From: Nemertoderma westbladi
Taxonomy: Eukaryota > Animalia > Xenacoelomorpha
Direction of reading: 5' to 3'
DNA: 36,597 bases
NCBI GenBank assembly: GCA_032718475.1
Contig: JAUCBJ010002145.1
Coordinates: 1-36,597, forward strand
Shown here: positions 1 to 10,713 of the stretch, piece by piece
Layout of the letters: the number at the start of each line of letters is the position of its first letter
How positions within the stretch are numbered: position 1 is the stretch's first letter
Translations under genes and position numbers: made by a program
The notes under the pieces: generated by a model
Told to the model about the DNA's origin: nothing
Seen by the model: only the letters and a program-made list of their open reading frames with translations
The model's database searches: none

Positions 1-1853
1 CGCCGTCTCTCGTCCACCCATTCGACCGCCGAAGCGGGAGTCGCCAACGTTGTAGCGGGCGGACGAGGGACAACGGGCGACAAATTGTGAATATTTCGCT
101 CGGGGTCCAGGACCTGAACTGTCGCCTGGGCAGTTCTACTGGGCACAGGTAGCTTAGTGCTATGTAGAGGGAATTTAGAAGTAGCTTCAGGGAGCACAGG
201 TGTGTCTATCACCGAAGGGGTGATTTCAAGAACAGGCCTAATTATTTCAGGCTCATCTACTATAGTAGGGAGTCTTTCTATTGTAATTATTTGGTCTGTG
301 GGCTCTGTACTACCTAAGTTGGTGTTATTTAGTTGCCTTCTAACAGCTGGAGGCAAATCAGGCAATTTCTGACGGTGGAATGTTCTTTTACGTCTGCTTA
401 GGCGAGATCGATTTCTTCCGCCTTCAGTGTCGGTGGTATCGCCTTCCTCAGATGATGTATACCCCTGTCTCTTGGGAGTAGATCGACTCATCATCCGCAT
501 ATTGCTCGCTGTTAACTGTTTATTGAAGTTGTCTTGCTTCTCTTGAAGAATTTCCAACTCTAGTTGGGTTGCCTCTTCAGATGCCCTCCGTTCTGCTTCT
601 ACCACTGCCTCTGCTATTGCCAGTGCCGCTTTTCTTTCGGCTTCTGCCGCTGCCACTGCTGCTGCCACTGCCGTTGTCTTTCTATCTTCTATACGTTTTT
701 TCTTTACTTGTTCTTCTTGTTCTCTAGCGATGCGGAGTTGTTCATCGAATTTAGCTTGGTTCGCCGCTAACCTATCCACATCAATCGCATCTAACACGAG
801 TTTGGCTCCTTCGCTATTAGGGCTAAGTCCCTCTAGCCTTCTCCTCAACTCTTCATCTCCCAAAAAACGCTGATAGTCTGACAGATAGATATCAATGGCA
901 TCCTTCTTATGCGGTTTCTCTGCCGTCGCTTCACTTTCCACTTGGGAAAAAGTAGCGTCCGTCGATTCTCCATGGGTTGAGCGCTCCTCCAACTGAGCTT
1001 TCCACCGAGCTGCTCCTTGAACCTGGCGACTCACCCGTTGAAACCAAGTTTTTACGGCAACTTGCAACGACGTGTCTTGTTTTCTTTTAGAAGCCTCCTC
1101 AAAGGCGGATAAGATTAGCCTAATCCGCAAAACTCTTTCTCTAACTTGATAAAGCAGCGATCCCTGCTCTTGAGGTCCTTGAGGTTGTTGTAAAAGTTGC
1201 TTTTCTACTCGCTCCATAGAGCTGAAGAATCCCTGTGCGTATCCGGCTGCGGACCTCTTCCACACAGCTGGATCGATGGTTTCCTTGGCTACTCCCATCC
1301 GGTGTATGTCTTCCCAGGCAGCTTCTGATAAATCAAACGGGAGTCCGGGTCCGGGGAAGTTCCATTGCGACTCGACAATAGACTTCAGTTCTTCACTCGT
1401 GTATCCCGCGTAACTATCTCTAGTTGACCGTTGACTTCTCGCCCAATCGATCTGGTGTTCTTCCACCGCGATCAATAACCCAGCGAGCACGGCTGCAGGA
1501 AGGATGAGAAGGGGATCCGTATAAACCGCATCCGTCATCTCTGTTCCGCGCTCGGGCGTCAGCTCTACAGTATCCTCACTACTGGAGCTGCTGGGCCGCT
1601 GAGGAATAGATTCTTGACTAGCGGGTTGTTGCTGTTCCGCGGCTTGTTGGTCCCGCTTGACCTGAGCTCGGGTGCCTATGATAGACCTACGATGTTGGAC
1701 TAGCCTAGGTTCTGTTATTACTACTGGAGGGATGACCTTCCTCACAGTGGGAGGTGAACTGGATTTACGACCAGACGGTTGTACGTCTCTATCTGAGTCG
1801 CAGATAGTTACATCTAATATACTGTCTGACAGGTTCTGCTTAGTATCAGACAT
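1..1853 (-). CDS. Long ORF (>=617 codons) running off the left window edge; probable Gag-like ORF1 of a retrotransposon
   Basis: Manual translation from the ATG at 1853 (in-frame TAA shortly upstream) gives MSDTKQNLSDSILDVTICDSDRDVQPSGRKSSSPP...EQLRIAREQEEQVKKKRIEDRKTTAVAAAVAAAEAERKAALAIAEAVVEAERRASEEATQLELEILQEKQ...VVPRPPATTLATPASAVEWVDERR, with no stop down to position 1. It is intronless, with a coiled-coil and a Pro-rich segment. The ORF track omits it because it has no stop. The Gag identity is inferred from context; no zinc knuckle or pol domain is inside the window. Confidence 0.7.
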   Translation of the reverse strand, partial: MSDTKQNLSDSILDVTICDSDRDVQPSGRKSSSPPTVRKVIPPVVITEPRLVQHRRSIIGTRAQVKRDQQAAEQQQPASQESIPQRPSSSSSEDTVELTPERGTEMTDAVYTDPLLILPAAVLAGLLIAVEEHQIDWARSQRSTRDSYAGYTSEELKSIVESQWNFPGPGLPFDLSEAAWEDIHRMGVAKETIDPAVWKRSAAGYAQGFFSSMERVEKQLLQQPQGPQEQGSLLYQVRERVLRIRLILSAFEEASKRKQDTSLQVAVKTWFQRVSRQVQGAARWKAQLEERSTHGESTDATFSQVESEATAEKPHKKDAIDIYLSDYQRFLGDEELRRRLEGLSPNSEGAKLVLDAIDVDRLAANQAKFDEQLRIAREQEEQVKKKRIEDRKTTAVAAAVAAAEAERKAALAIAEAVVEAERRASEEATQLELEILQEKQDNFNKQLTASNMRMMSRSTPKRQGYTSSEEGDTTDTEGGRNRSRLSRRKRTFHRQKLPDLPPAVRRQLNNTNLGSTEPTDQIITIERLPTIVDEPEIIRPVLEITPSVIDTPVLPEATSKFPLHSTKLPVPSRTAQATVQVLDPERNIHNLSPVVPRPPATTLATPASAVEWVDERR

Positions 1854-3229
1854 GACTATGTATACCGCTGAATGTCTACTGCTGTATTACAGTCTGAGTA
1901 AGTCTAGTAACTCAGTATTAACTGCTAGCCTAGTAATTAATTACCGGTACTGCTACTCAGTGTAGCGTGATATATATAATATATTAAATACCGGTATGCT
2001 TATAGTATATATAAGTATATAAGTATTATTACAGACTAGGTTTATCACAGAATACCGGTATAATTTTAGCACAAATATATATAAATATATAATAGGCCTA
2101 TCGGAATACCGGTATACAGCTTACAGTTTGTAGTATATATAATTCTGGAATAGAATTAATTACAAGTACCGTTATAATTTCAGCCTAGATTTATAGAAAT
2201 AAATAATAGGCCTATCGTAAATACTGGTATATCAATTATTTTGGAATAATTGAATTTCTGAACTTTAGGGTTACTTGGTTACTTTAACTTACTTTATTAC
2301 CGTTATTTAAGCAGTAATCCAACTGATATTGAGACCTAATGGTTGTATGGTAGGCCTACTATTTATAAATCGTTAGATTTGATTTATAATATATATATAC
2401 CCGTTTTAATGGGTTTTGTCAATGTTTGAAATAAATGTTATTATTTCTGGGGAGTAATCACTACACAAAGCGGTGCGCTTTCAGTGAAGTGTTACTTATA
2501 GACACTAAAACAAATATTACTAATTTACCTAAGTTACTTAATACTACAAATTACGTACAATTCGGGTGAGATTACAATCTCTAAATAAATGCAAAAATTT
2601 ACAAAAAACACAAAATACGAATTTTTAGGGTAATTTTACAAGAAGTCTACAAACCAGCCTAACAAAGGGTTAGAAAACTGGTTATTACAACGGACAGGGT
2701 ACTGCGGTATTTGAAAATAATACGTAGTAGTAAATACACTGCGTTGTCCAGAGAGAAAAATACCACCGCCTGACGACCTATAGCCGTATCGCTATAGGTT
2801 CTACGTTATGTATCACGGAGTGTTCCTACCTAGAAGTTAATAGAGCTAATCGAATGTGCCTATCAACCACTTTACAACACAAATATAATGCCTACACTAA
2901 TTATTTTCGGAAAGCACTGTACACTAAACCCTAAATTAGGTACGAGTACTTGTACAACAGATAATCAGTAATTAAATATACTTGAACAGCTAAAAGAACC
3001 ACGGCATCTGCTGGAGTGACCGATGCACAAAATCACCAGTCTTTACCTACGCCAAGCAGCCCGTGTAGTACCGAGGTTAATTTAACTATAGCGGTATGTA
3101 TAACAAACACAATTACTGTAGGAACAAACTTGGGGACTTGAATGTTGCGAATAATCGCATAAACTCTGAATAATAAATATTACGCTACGCGTACAAACCA
3201 CTCAAACAAAAATGCAGACTAAATACTGA

Positions 3230-3745
3230 CAGACTACTATCAAGCCTAAATAAACTACAGGACATGCAGACTCCGAAATAGTTAGGTAGTATGCGTTCTA
3301 ACCCAGTAGTACGACTTATTCTTTAATTGGGGGTTTACTTTACAGCAATGGCTACCCCAACTTCCCAACCGTTCTTTATCGGACAAGGGCTCTACACACA
3401 CTGCAATCCGTTCAGACCTAATAACAGACAGACAACTATCCAGCCTACAAATTATCTAAATGATATTATACGCTACCTGTACAGACTACACAAACAAAGT
3501 ACAGACCAAACGATGGCAGACTACTCTCAAGCCTAAATAAACTACAGGACATGCAGACTCCGAAATAGTTAGGTAGTATGTGTTCTAACCCAGTAGTACG
3601 ACTTATTCTTTAATTGGGGGTTTACTTTACAGCAATGGCTACCCCAACTTCCCAACCGTTCTTTATCGGACAGGTGACCTACACACACTGCAATTCGTTC
3701 GGACTTAACAGCAATCAGACAACAGCTCAGCCTACAAATTGTCTG
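3230..3745. repeat. Direct duplication with 287-bp period in the retroelement leader
   Basis: cagactact..caagcctaaataaactacaggacatgcagactccgaaatag... starts at 3230 and 3517. About 150 bp are nearly identical, then the copies diverge. This explains the twin ORFs at 3327 and 3614. Confidence 0.95.
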
Positions 3746-5242
3746 TACAATCTGATCAGGCTTACACGCCTTCTGTTCAATACTGGCCTACAAACAAATA
3801 AAACTTGACAGAAATAAGTAAAAATCTCAATAAAAAACCAGGGCTGCAGTCCCTGATTAATTATTAAGGCCTACCGGTATATAATAATCAAAATCGAATA
3901 ATACTGCTGTAGGTACCGGTCCGGATGATCAGGCAGTCAGGCCTACTGGTTACCGGTCGACCGGTACTTTCGACTTTATTGCTTACTGCAATAAAGAAGC
4001 GATATCCGTTATTGTTCGCGCTTTCAGACCTTTGGCAGTTTAACCCGCCAAATTAGGATGTCTGTTAGATAATAAATCACTTTAGCCGATGACAAATATT
4101 TGATTCACTACACTAGTCGAAACCAATCTGTGCGCGATCATTCACCCGCTGGATAATTCCCGGGAGATTGGGTTCGACGGCTTAATTTTATTGCTATGTA
4201 AGCTTAATGTATTATTCGACTGACAGTATTATATAATCTCTGACAATATTATTCACCTTCGGGAATATTAACAGTTCCTTTAGGACGTGGCGCTTTATTT
4301 ATATAAACAGAGTTATGACTTAAACTACTCACAACGATATGGCTTAATTATAATTCACATATATGGCACATTCTTTAGGAAATGCTTCGTTATCAGTCTC
4401 ACTCATACACAATGCTGCACAATACTGCACACTGATCTGCCGATCTTCACTGATTTTAGTCACATATAAAAGGAACACGGACTGACTCATGTAGGGGCTA
4501 TCAAATAACATTAGATTCACTTCAAACCACTTTAACATAAGTCACAATCGTTATGTATAACCTTTCTCTCTTACCTTCAGTATATCAAGAATATTGGGTT
4601 TTCGGGGTTATTTATCGTTATTCCAAATATAATAATTCATCAACCAAATTATGAAGTACAGACAGCAAATAGCAGTATAACAATATAAAGTATGCACAGT
4701 GTTACACAGTATGCAGTGTATGCAGTACTGCAGTATGCATTGATTGCATTGAGTTAGGTTAGTCAAGATAACGGATATATGTCCTTGTGATTAAGCCTAC
4801 TAGTGTACGGCTAAAACAGTAAAGCACAAAATACTTCCAAGCCGTTCTTTCTTTGGCTCAGGACTGAATGTAAACACTGCACATAGGCATTGCGTCATTT
4901 CTCGGAAATTTTCTGTACAAGGAGCCACAAAAACGCTCTAATTGGCTGACTGAACTGAGAGACGCCGTAGAACAAAGGAAATCAACACGTATGAATGTCA
5001 GCTGTTAACCGTAGTCAAGTAACTACTGTTCAAGAGTAGCTATCACCCCTTTGCGTCACGAATTGCCATAGAATCATAAAATATGCCTTTCACAGTACAC
5101 ATACGGAGGAAATAGGTCTTAGATCCTCTAAAAACACCGATACAGCAATAATACGGTCTCTTACACTTATTAAATCAACTACAGAGTATTTTAATGTAAA
5201 AGATAATAAAAATAACGGGGCAATTCAGCAAAGGCTTTTACA

Positions 5243-5380
5243 GTTATCTCTTATGGGGGTGGTGTTTTATTTAATGATGGTGTCTGTTCCGTATGCAGTT
5301 CTCAAATCTCCCACACATATTCATATATCATCTGCATGTGCACTAGAAAGATGTGGCCCGAAGGGCCACAGGCTTTCTAG
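5243..5380 (+). mobile_element. Helitron 3' end fragment (copy 0), truncated by the retroelement insertion
   Basis: It matches the 3' 138 bp of the downstream copies and ends in tgtggcccgaagggccacaggctttCTAG. Confidence 0.8.
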
Positions 5381-8300
5381 TCTAATATATATAAATATCG
5401 ATTGTCTGTCAGTCAGTCTGTCTGTCTGTGTGTTTGTCATCGGCTATACAATCGAACCCATCTCGATGAAATCTCGCTTGCTATAGCTCGTTAGAAAGGT
5501 CTCGCCCTAACTCGTTGCAACGTAATACTCAGAGTCGTCTGAAGTTCACCCGTCTGCCGCTAGAGGGCGATTTTCGTGATTTTCGGGTGAAATTTATCGA
5601 ATTATTTTGGTTCTTCTATCGGTAATTAATGATTTAGAGGGCTAACATTTATCCCACCTGGTATAATATTAACATGGGTAGATTCGCCGTGTCCCATTCT
5701 CACAAAGTTTTTATTTTATTCGAGTGTTTAATATAAATATGTATGATTATTTATTGATTAAAAATCAAATAGTGTATAAATATGTCATATTCGCCAAGCA
5801 CGATCGAATTGGCCTATTGATATTGAATAGGGAAGGATATTTTTCTGTATCATAGCAACGTTAAGGTAATTATTGAACTCGCAGCTAGCTGGCTGGGCAC
5901 AGATAAGGAGCAAGCAGGCTGGAGTGTTGATTGGGGTGGGTTTGGGTTGTCTATTGCGAATTGCTCAACAGTAATTCTGCTTTCTCAATCATTGGCTGCA
6001 TGGAAAGAGAGGTTTATAACATTTTTGTTTTACTGTTATGAATATAAAAGTAAAATAATTATTTCTGTAGGCCTATACTTACTGTATCATTATTTTATCT
6101 AATATTATACATCTAATCTCGATGAAATCTCGCTTACTATAGCTCGTTAGATAGGTCTCGCCCTAACTCGTTGCAACGTAAAACTCAGAGCCGTCTGAAG
6201 TTCCCCCGTCTGCCGCTAGAGGGCGAATTGTCCGATAGTGAAAACCTGATCTCATTGGGTTGTTTTTAATGCTTTTGAGTTGAAACTCGGTAGCTATATA
6301 CTGCAGCATAGGCTGTATATTTCCGCAGTCACTGAGTTGTCTACAGTTCCCCAGTCTACCGTTAGAGGGCTAAATGTCTGAGAGTTAACATCTTTTCCAA
6401 CTGTGTTATTTACAATCTGTTTAGACTGAAACTTGGTAGGCATCTACTACAGCATAGGCTGTATTTTTACTGAGTAGCAGAGTCGTCTACAATTCCCCGG
6501 TCTACCGCTAGAGGGCGAAATGTCTGAAAGTTAACATCTTCTCCAACTTTGTTATTTTTAATGCTTTTGAGCTGAAACTTGGTAGCAATATACTGCAGCA
6601 TAGGCTGTATCTTTACTGAGTAGCAGAGTCATCTACAATTCCCCGGTCTACCGCTAGATGGCGAAATGTCTGAAAGTTAACATCTTCTCCAACTTTGTTA
6701 TTTTTAATGCTTTTGACCTGAAACTTGGTAGCTATATACTGCAGCATAGGCTGTATATTTCCGGAGTCACTGAGTCGTCTACAATTCCCCAGTCTACCGC
6801 TAGAAGGCGAAATGTCTGAAAGTTAACATCTTCTCCAACTTTGTTATTTATAATCCGTTTAGACTGAACTTGGTAGGCATCTACTACAGCATAGGCTATA
6901 TCTTTAATGAGTCGCGCAGTGTTATCTACAGTACCTGTGTCTACCGCTAGAGGGCGAAATGTATGAAAGTTAACATCTTCTCCAACTTTGTTATTTACAA
7001 TTCTTTTAGACTGAAACTTGGTAGGCATCTACTATAGCATAGGCTATATCTTTGCGGAGTTGTAGAGTCGTCTACATTTCCCCAGTCTACCGCTAGAGGG
7101 CGAAATGTCTGAAAGTTAACATCTTCTCCAACTTTGTTATTTTTAATGCTTTTGAGCTGAAACTTGGTAGCTATATACTGCAGCATAGGCTGTATATTTC
7201 CGGAGTCACTGATTTGTCTAAAGTTCCCCAGTCTACCGTTAGAGGGCTAAATGTCTGAGAGTTAACATCTTCTCCAACTTTGTTATTTAAAATCCGTTTA
7301 GACTGAAACTTGGTAGGCATCTACTACAGCATAGGCTGAATCTTTACTGAGTCGCAGAGTCGTCTACAATTTCCCAGTCTACCGCTAGAGGGCGAAATGT
7401 CTGCAAGTTAACATCTTCTCCAACTTTGTTATTTATAATCCATTTAGACTGAACTTGGTAGGCATCTACTACAGCATAGGCTATATCTTTACTGAGTCGC
7501 GCAGAGTTGTCTACAGTACCCGCGTCTGCCGCTAGAGGGCGAAATGTATGAAAGTTAACATCTTCTCCAACTTTGTTATTTACAATCCTTTTAGACTGAA
7601 ACTTGGTAGGCATCTACTATAGCATAGGCTATATCTTTGCGAAGTAGTAGAGTCGTCTACAGTTCCACAGTCAGCCGCAAGAGGGCGAATTGTCTGATAG
7701 TGAAAACCTCATCCCATTTGGTTCTTTTTAATCCTTTTGAGCTGAAACTTGGCAGGTATCTACTACATCCTAGGCTCTATCGTTACGGAGTTGCAGAGTC
7801 CTATACACTTCCCCAGTCTACCGCTAGAGGGTGAAATGTCTGAAAGTTAACATCTTCTCCAACTTTGTTATTTACAAACGGTTTAGACTGAAACTTGGTA
7901 GGCATCTACTACAGCATAGGCTCTACCTTTACGAAGTCGCAGAGTTGTATACAGTTCCCCTATCTGCCGCTAGAGGGCGAATTGTCTGATAGTGAACACC
8001 TCATCCCAATTGGTTCTTTTTAATCCCTTTGAGCTGAAACTTGGCAGGAATCTACTACAGCATATTCTGTATCTTAACGGAGTCTCAGAGTCGTCTACAG
8101 TTCTTCAGTCTACAGCTAGAAGTCTGAATGTGAACATCTACACCAATTTTGTTATTTACAATCTGTTTAAGCTGAAACTTGAAAGGCAGGCATTTTACTT
8201 CACCATAAACCCCATCTTTACCAAACTGCAGCGCCGTCTGCATTTCACCAGTCCGCAGGTAGAGGGTGGGTCTGAAAGTGATCATTTTCTGGAAATTTTG

Positions 8301-8473
8301 TTATTTACAATCTGCCTAAAGATGAAACTTGACAGTTATCTCTTATGGGGGTGGTGTTTTATTTAATGATGGTGTCTGTTCCGTATGCAGTTCTCAAATC
8401 TCCCACACATATTCATATATCATCTGCACGTGCACAATAAAGCCTGTGGCCCGAAGGGCCACAGGCTTTCTTG
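5381..8473 (+). mobile_element. Non-autonomous Helitron copy 1 (3093 bp)
   Basis: Starts TCtaatatatataaat, has a GTCT-type microsatellite near the 5' end and an internal 146-bp array, and ends in a GC-rich hairpin with a CTTG terminus. No Rep/helicase ORF. Confidence 0.8.
6116..8330 (+). repeat. 146-147 bp tandem array (about 15 units) inside Helitron copy 1
   Basis: The anchor motif ccgctagagggcg or a variant occurs at 6213, 6359, 6505, 6651, 6797, 6944, 7090, 7236, 7382, 7529, 7675, 7821 and 7967. Confidence 0.95.
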
Positions 8474-10713
8474 TCTATATATATAAATATCCTCTGTCTG
8501 TCTGTGAGTCTGTGAGTCTATGAGTCTGTGAGTCTGTCCAAGCTATATGCTCCGACACACATGCACCAATCTGAGCAAATGATACATCGATCGAAAGCTC
8601 TCGTCCTGAGCACGTAAACTATCGCAATCTCGAGGCTAATTTTACGCGTTTGCTTGCGTGAATGCGTATTTTGTGTTCGTTCGGGCGAAATGTATCGATT
8701 TATTTCGGTTCTTCTATCGGTAATTAATTATTTAGAGGGGTAACATTTATCCCATCTGGTATAAAATTAACATGAGTAGATTCGCCGTGTCCCATTCTCA
8801 CAAAGTATTTATTTTATTCGAGTGTTTAATATAAATATGTATGATTATTTATTGATTAAAAATCAAATAGTGTATAAATATGTCATATTCGCCAAGCACG
8901 ATCGAATTGGCCTATTCTTAGTGCTGTAGTGAATAGGGAAGGATTTTTTTCTGTATCATAGCAACGTTAAGGTAATTATCGAACTCGCAGCTAGCTGGCT
9001 GGGCACAGATAAGGAGCAAGCAGGCTGGAGTGTTGATTGGGGTGGGTTTGGGTTGTCTGTTGCGAATTGCTCAAGAGTAATTCTGCTTTCTCAATCATTG
9101 GCTGCATGGAAGGAGAGGTTTATAACATTTTTGTTTTACTGTTATGAATATTAAAAGTAAAATAATTATTTCTGTAGGCCTATAATACTTACTGTATTAT
9201 TATTTTATCTAATATTATACATCTAATCTCGATGAAATCTCGCTTACTATAGCTCGTTAGATAGGTCTCGCCCTAACTCGTTGCAACGTAATACTCAGAG
9301 CCGTCTGAAGTTCCCCCATCTGCCGCTAGAGGGCGTATTGTCCGATAGTGAAAACCTGATCTCATTGGGTTGTTTTTAATGCTTTTGAGCTGAAACTTGG
9401 TAGCTATATACTGCAGCATAGGCTGTATATCTCCGGAGTCACTGAGTTGTCCACAGTTCCCCAGTCTACCGTTAGAGGGCTAAATGTCTGAGAGTTAACA
9501 TCTTCTCCAACTTTGTTATTTATAATCCATTTAGACTGAACTTGGTAGGCATCTACTACAGCATAGGCTATATCTTTACTGAGTCGCGCAGAGTTGTCTA
9601 CATTACCCGCGTCTGCCGCTAGAGGGCGAAATGTATGAAAGTTAACATCTCCTCCAACTTTGTTATTTACAATCCTTTTAGACTGAAACTTGGTAGGCAT
9701 CTACTATAGCATAGGCTATATCTTTGCGGAGTAGTAGAGTCGTCTACAGTTCCACAGTCAGCCGCTAGAGGGCGAATTGTCTGAAAGTTAACATCTTCTC
9801 CAACTTTGTTATTTACTAACGGTTTAGACTGAAACTTGGTAGGCATCTACTACAGCATAGGCTGTACCTTTACGGAGTTACAGAGTTGTATACAGTCCCC
9901 CCATCTGCCGCTAGAGGGCGACATATCTGATAGTGAACACCTCATCCCATTTGGTTCTTTTTAATCATTTTGAGCTGAAACTTGGTTGGTATCTACTACA
10001 TCATAGGCTGTATCTTTACGGGGTTGCAGAATCCTATTCACTTCCCCAGTCTACCGCTAGAGGGTGAAATGTCTGAAAGTTAACGTCTTCTCCAACTTTG
10101 TTATTTACTAACGGTTTAGACTGAAACTTGGTAGGCATCTACTACAGCATAGGCTGTACCTTTACGGAGTCACAGAGTTGTATATAGTCCCCCCATCTGC
10201 CGCTAGATGGCGACATATCTGATAGTGAACACCTCATCCCATTTGGTTCTTTTTAATCCTATTGAGCTGGAACTTGGCAGGAATCTACTACAGCATATTC
10301 TGTATCTTTACGGAGTCCCAGAGTCGTCCACAGTTCTTCAGTCTACCGCTAGAGGGTGAAATGTCTGAATGTGAACATCTACATCAATTTTGTTATTTAC
10401 AATCTGTTTAAGCTGAAACTTGAAAGGCAGGCATTTTACTTCACCATAAACCCCATCTTTACCAAACTGCAGCGCCGTCTGCATTTCACCAGTCCGCAGG
10501 TAGAGGGTGGATCTGAAAGTGATCATTTTCTGGAAATTTTGTTATTTACAATCTGCCTAAAGTTGAAACTTGACAGTTATCTCTTATGGGGGTGGTGTTT
10601 TATTTAATGATGGTGTCTGTTCCGTATGCAGTTCTCAAATCTCCCACACATATTCATATATCATCTGCACGTGCACTAGAAAGCTGTGGCCCGAAGGGCC
10701 ACAGGCTTTCTAG
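8474..10713 (+). mobile_element. Non-autonomous Helitron copy 2 (2240 bp)
   Basis: Starts TCtatatatataaat and ends hairpin + CTAG. It abuts its neighbours with no spacer and no TSD. Confidence 0.85.
9226..10570 (+). repeat. 146-bp tandem array (about 9 units) inside Helitron copy 2
   Basis: Anchor motif at 9323, 9469, 9616, 9762, 9908, 10054, 10200 and 10346. Confidence 0.95.

Larger units (their letters stand above)
1..5242 (-). mobile_element. Probable LTR retrotransposon (5' portion) inserted into a Helitron copy
   Basis: Helitron sequence resumes abruptly at about 5243 (gttatctcttatggggg, preceded by gaaacttgaca in intact copies). The minus strand at the junction begins TGTAAAAGCC, an LTR-like TG start. 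It is followed by CCAAT and TGACGCAA motifs, a long non-coding leader and the large ORF. The inner LTR boundary, PBS and second LTR could not be identified. Confidence 0.6.
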
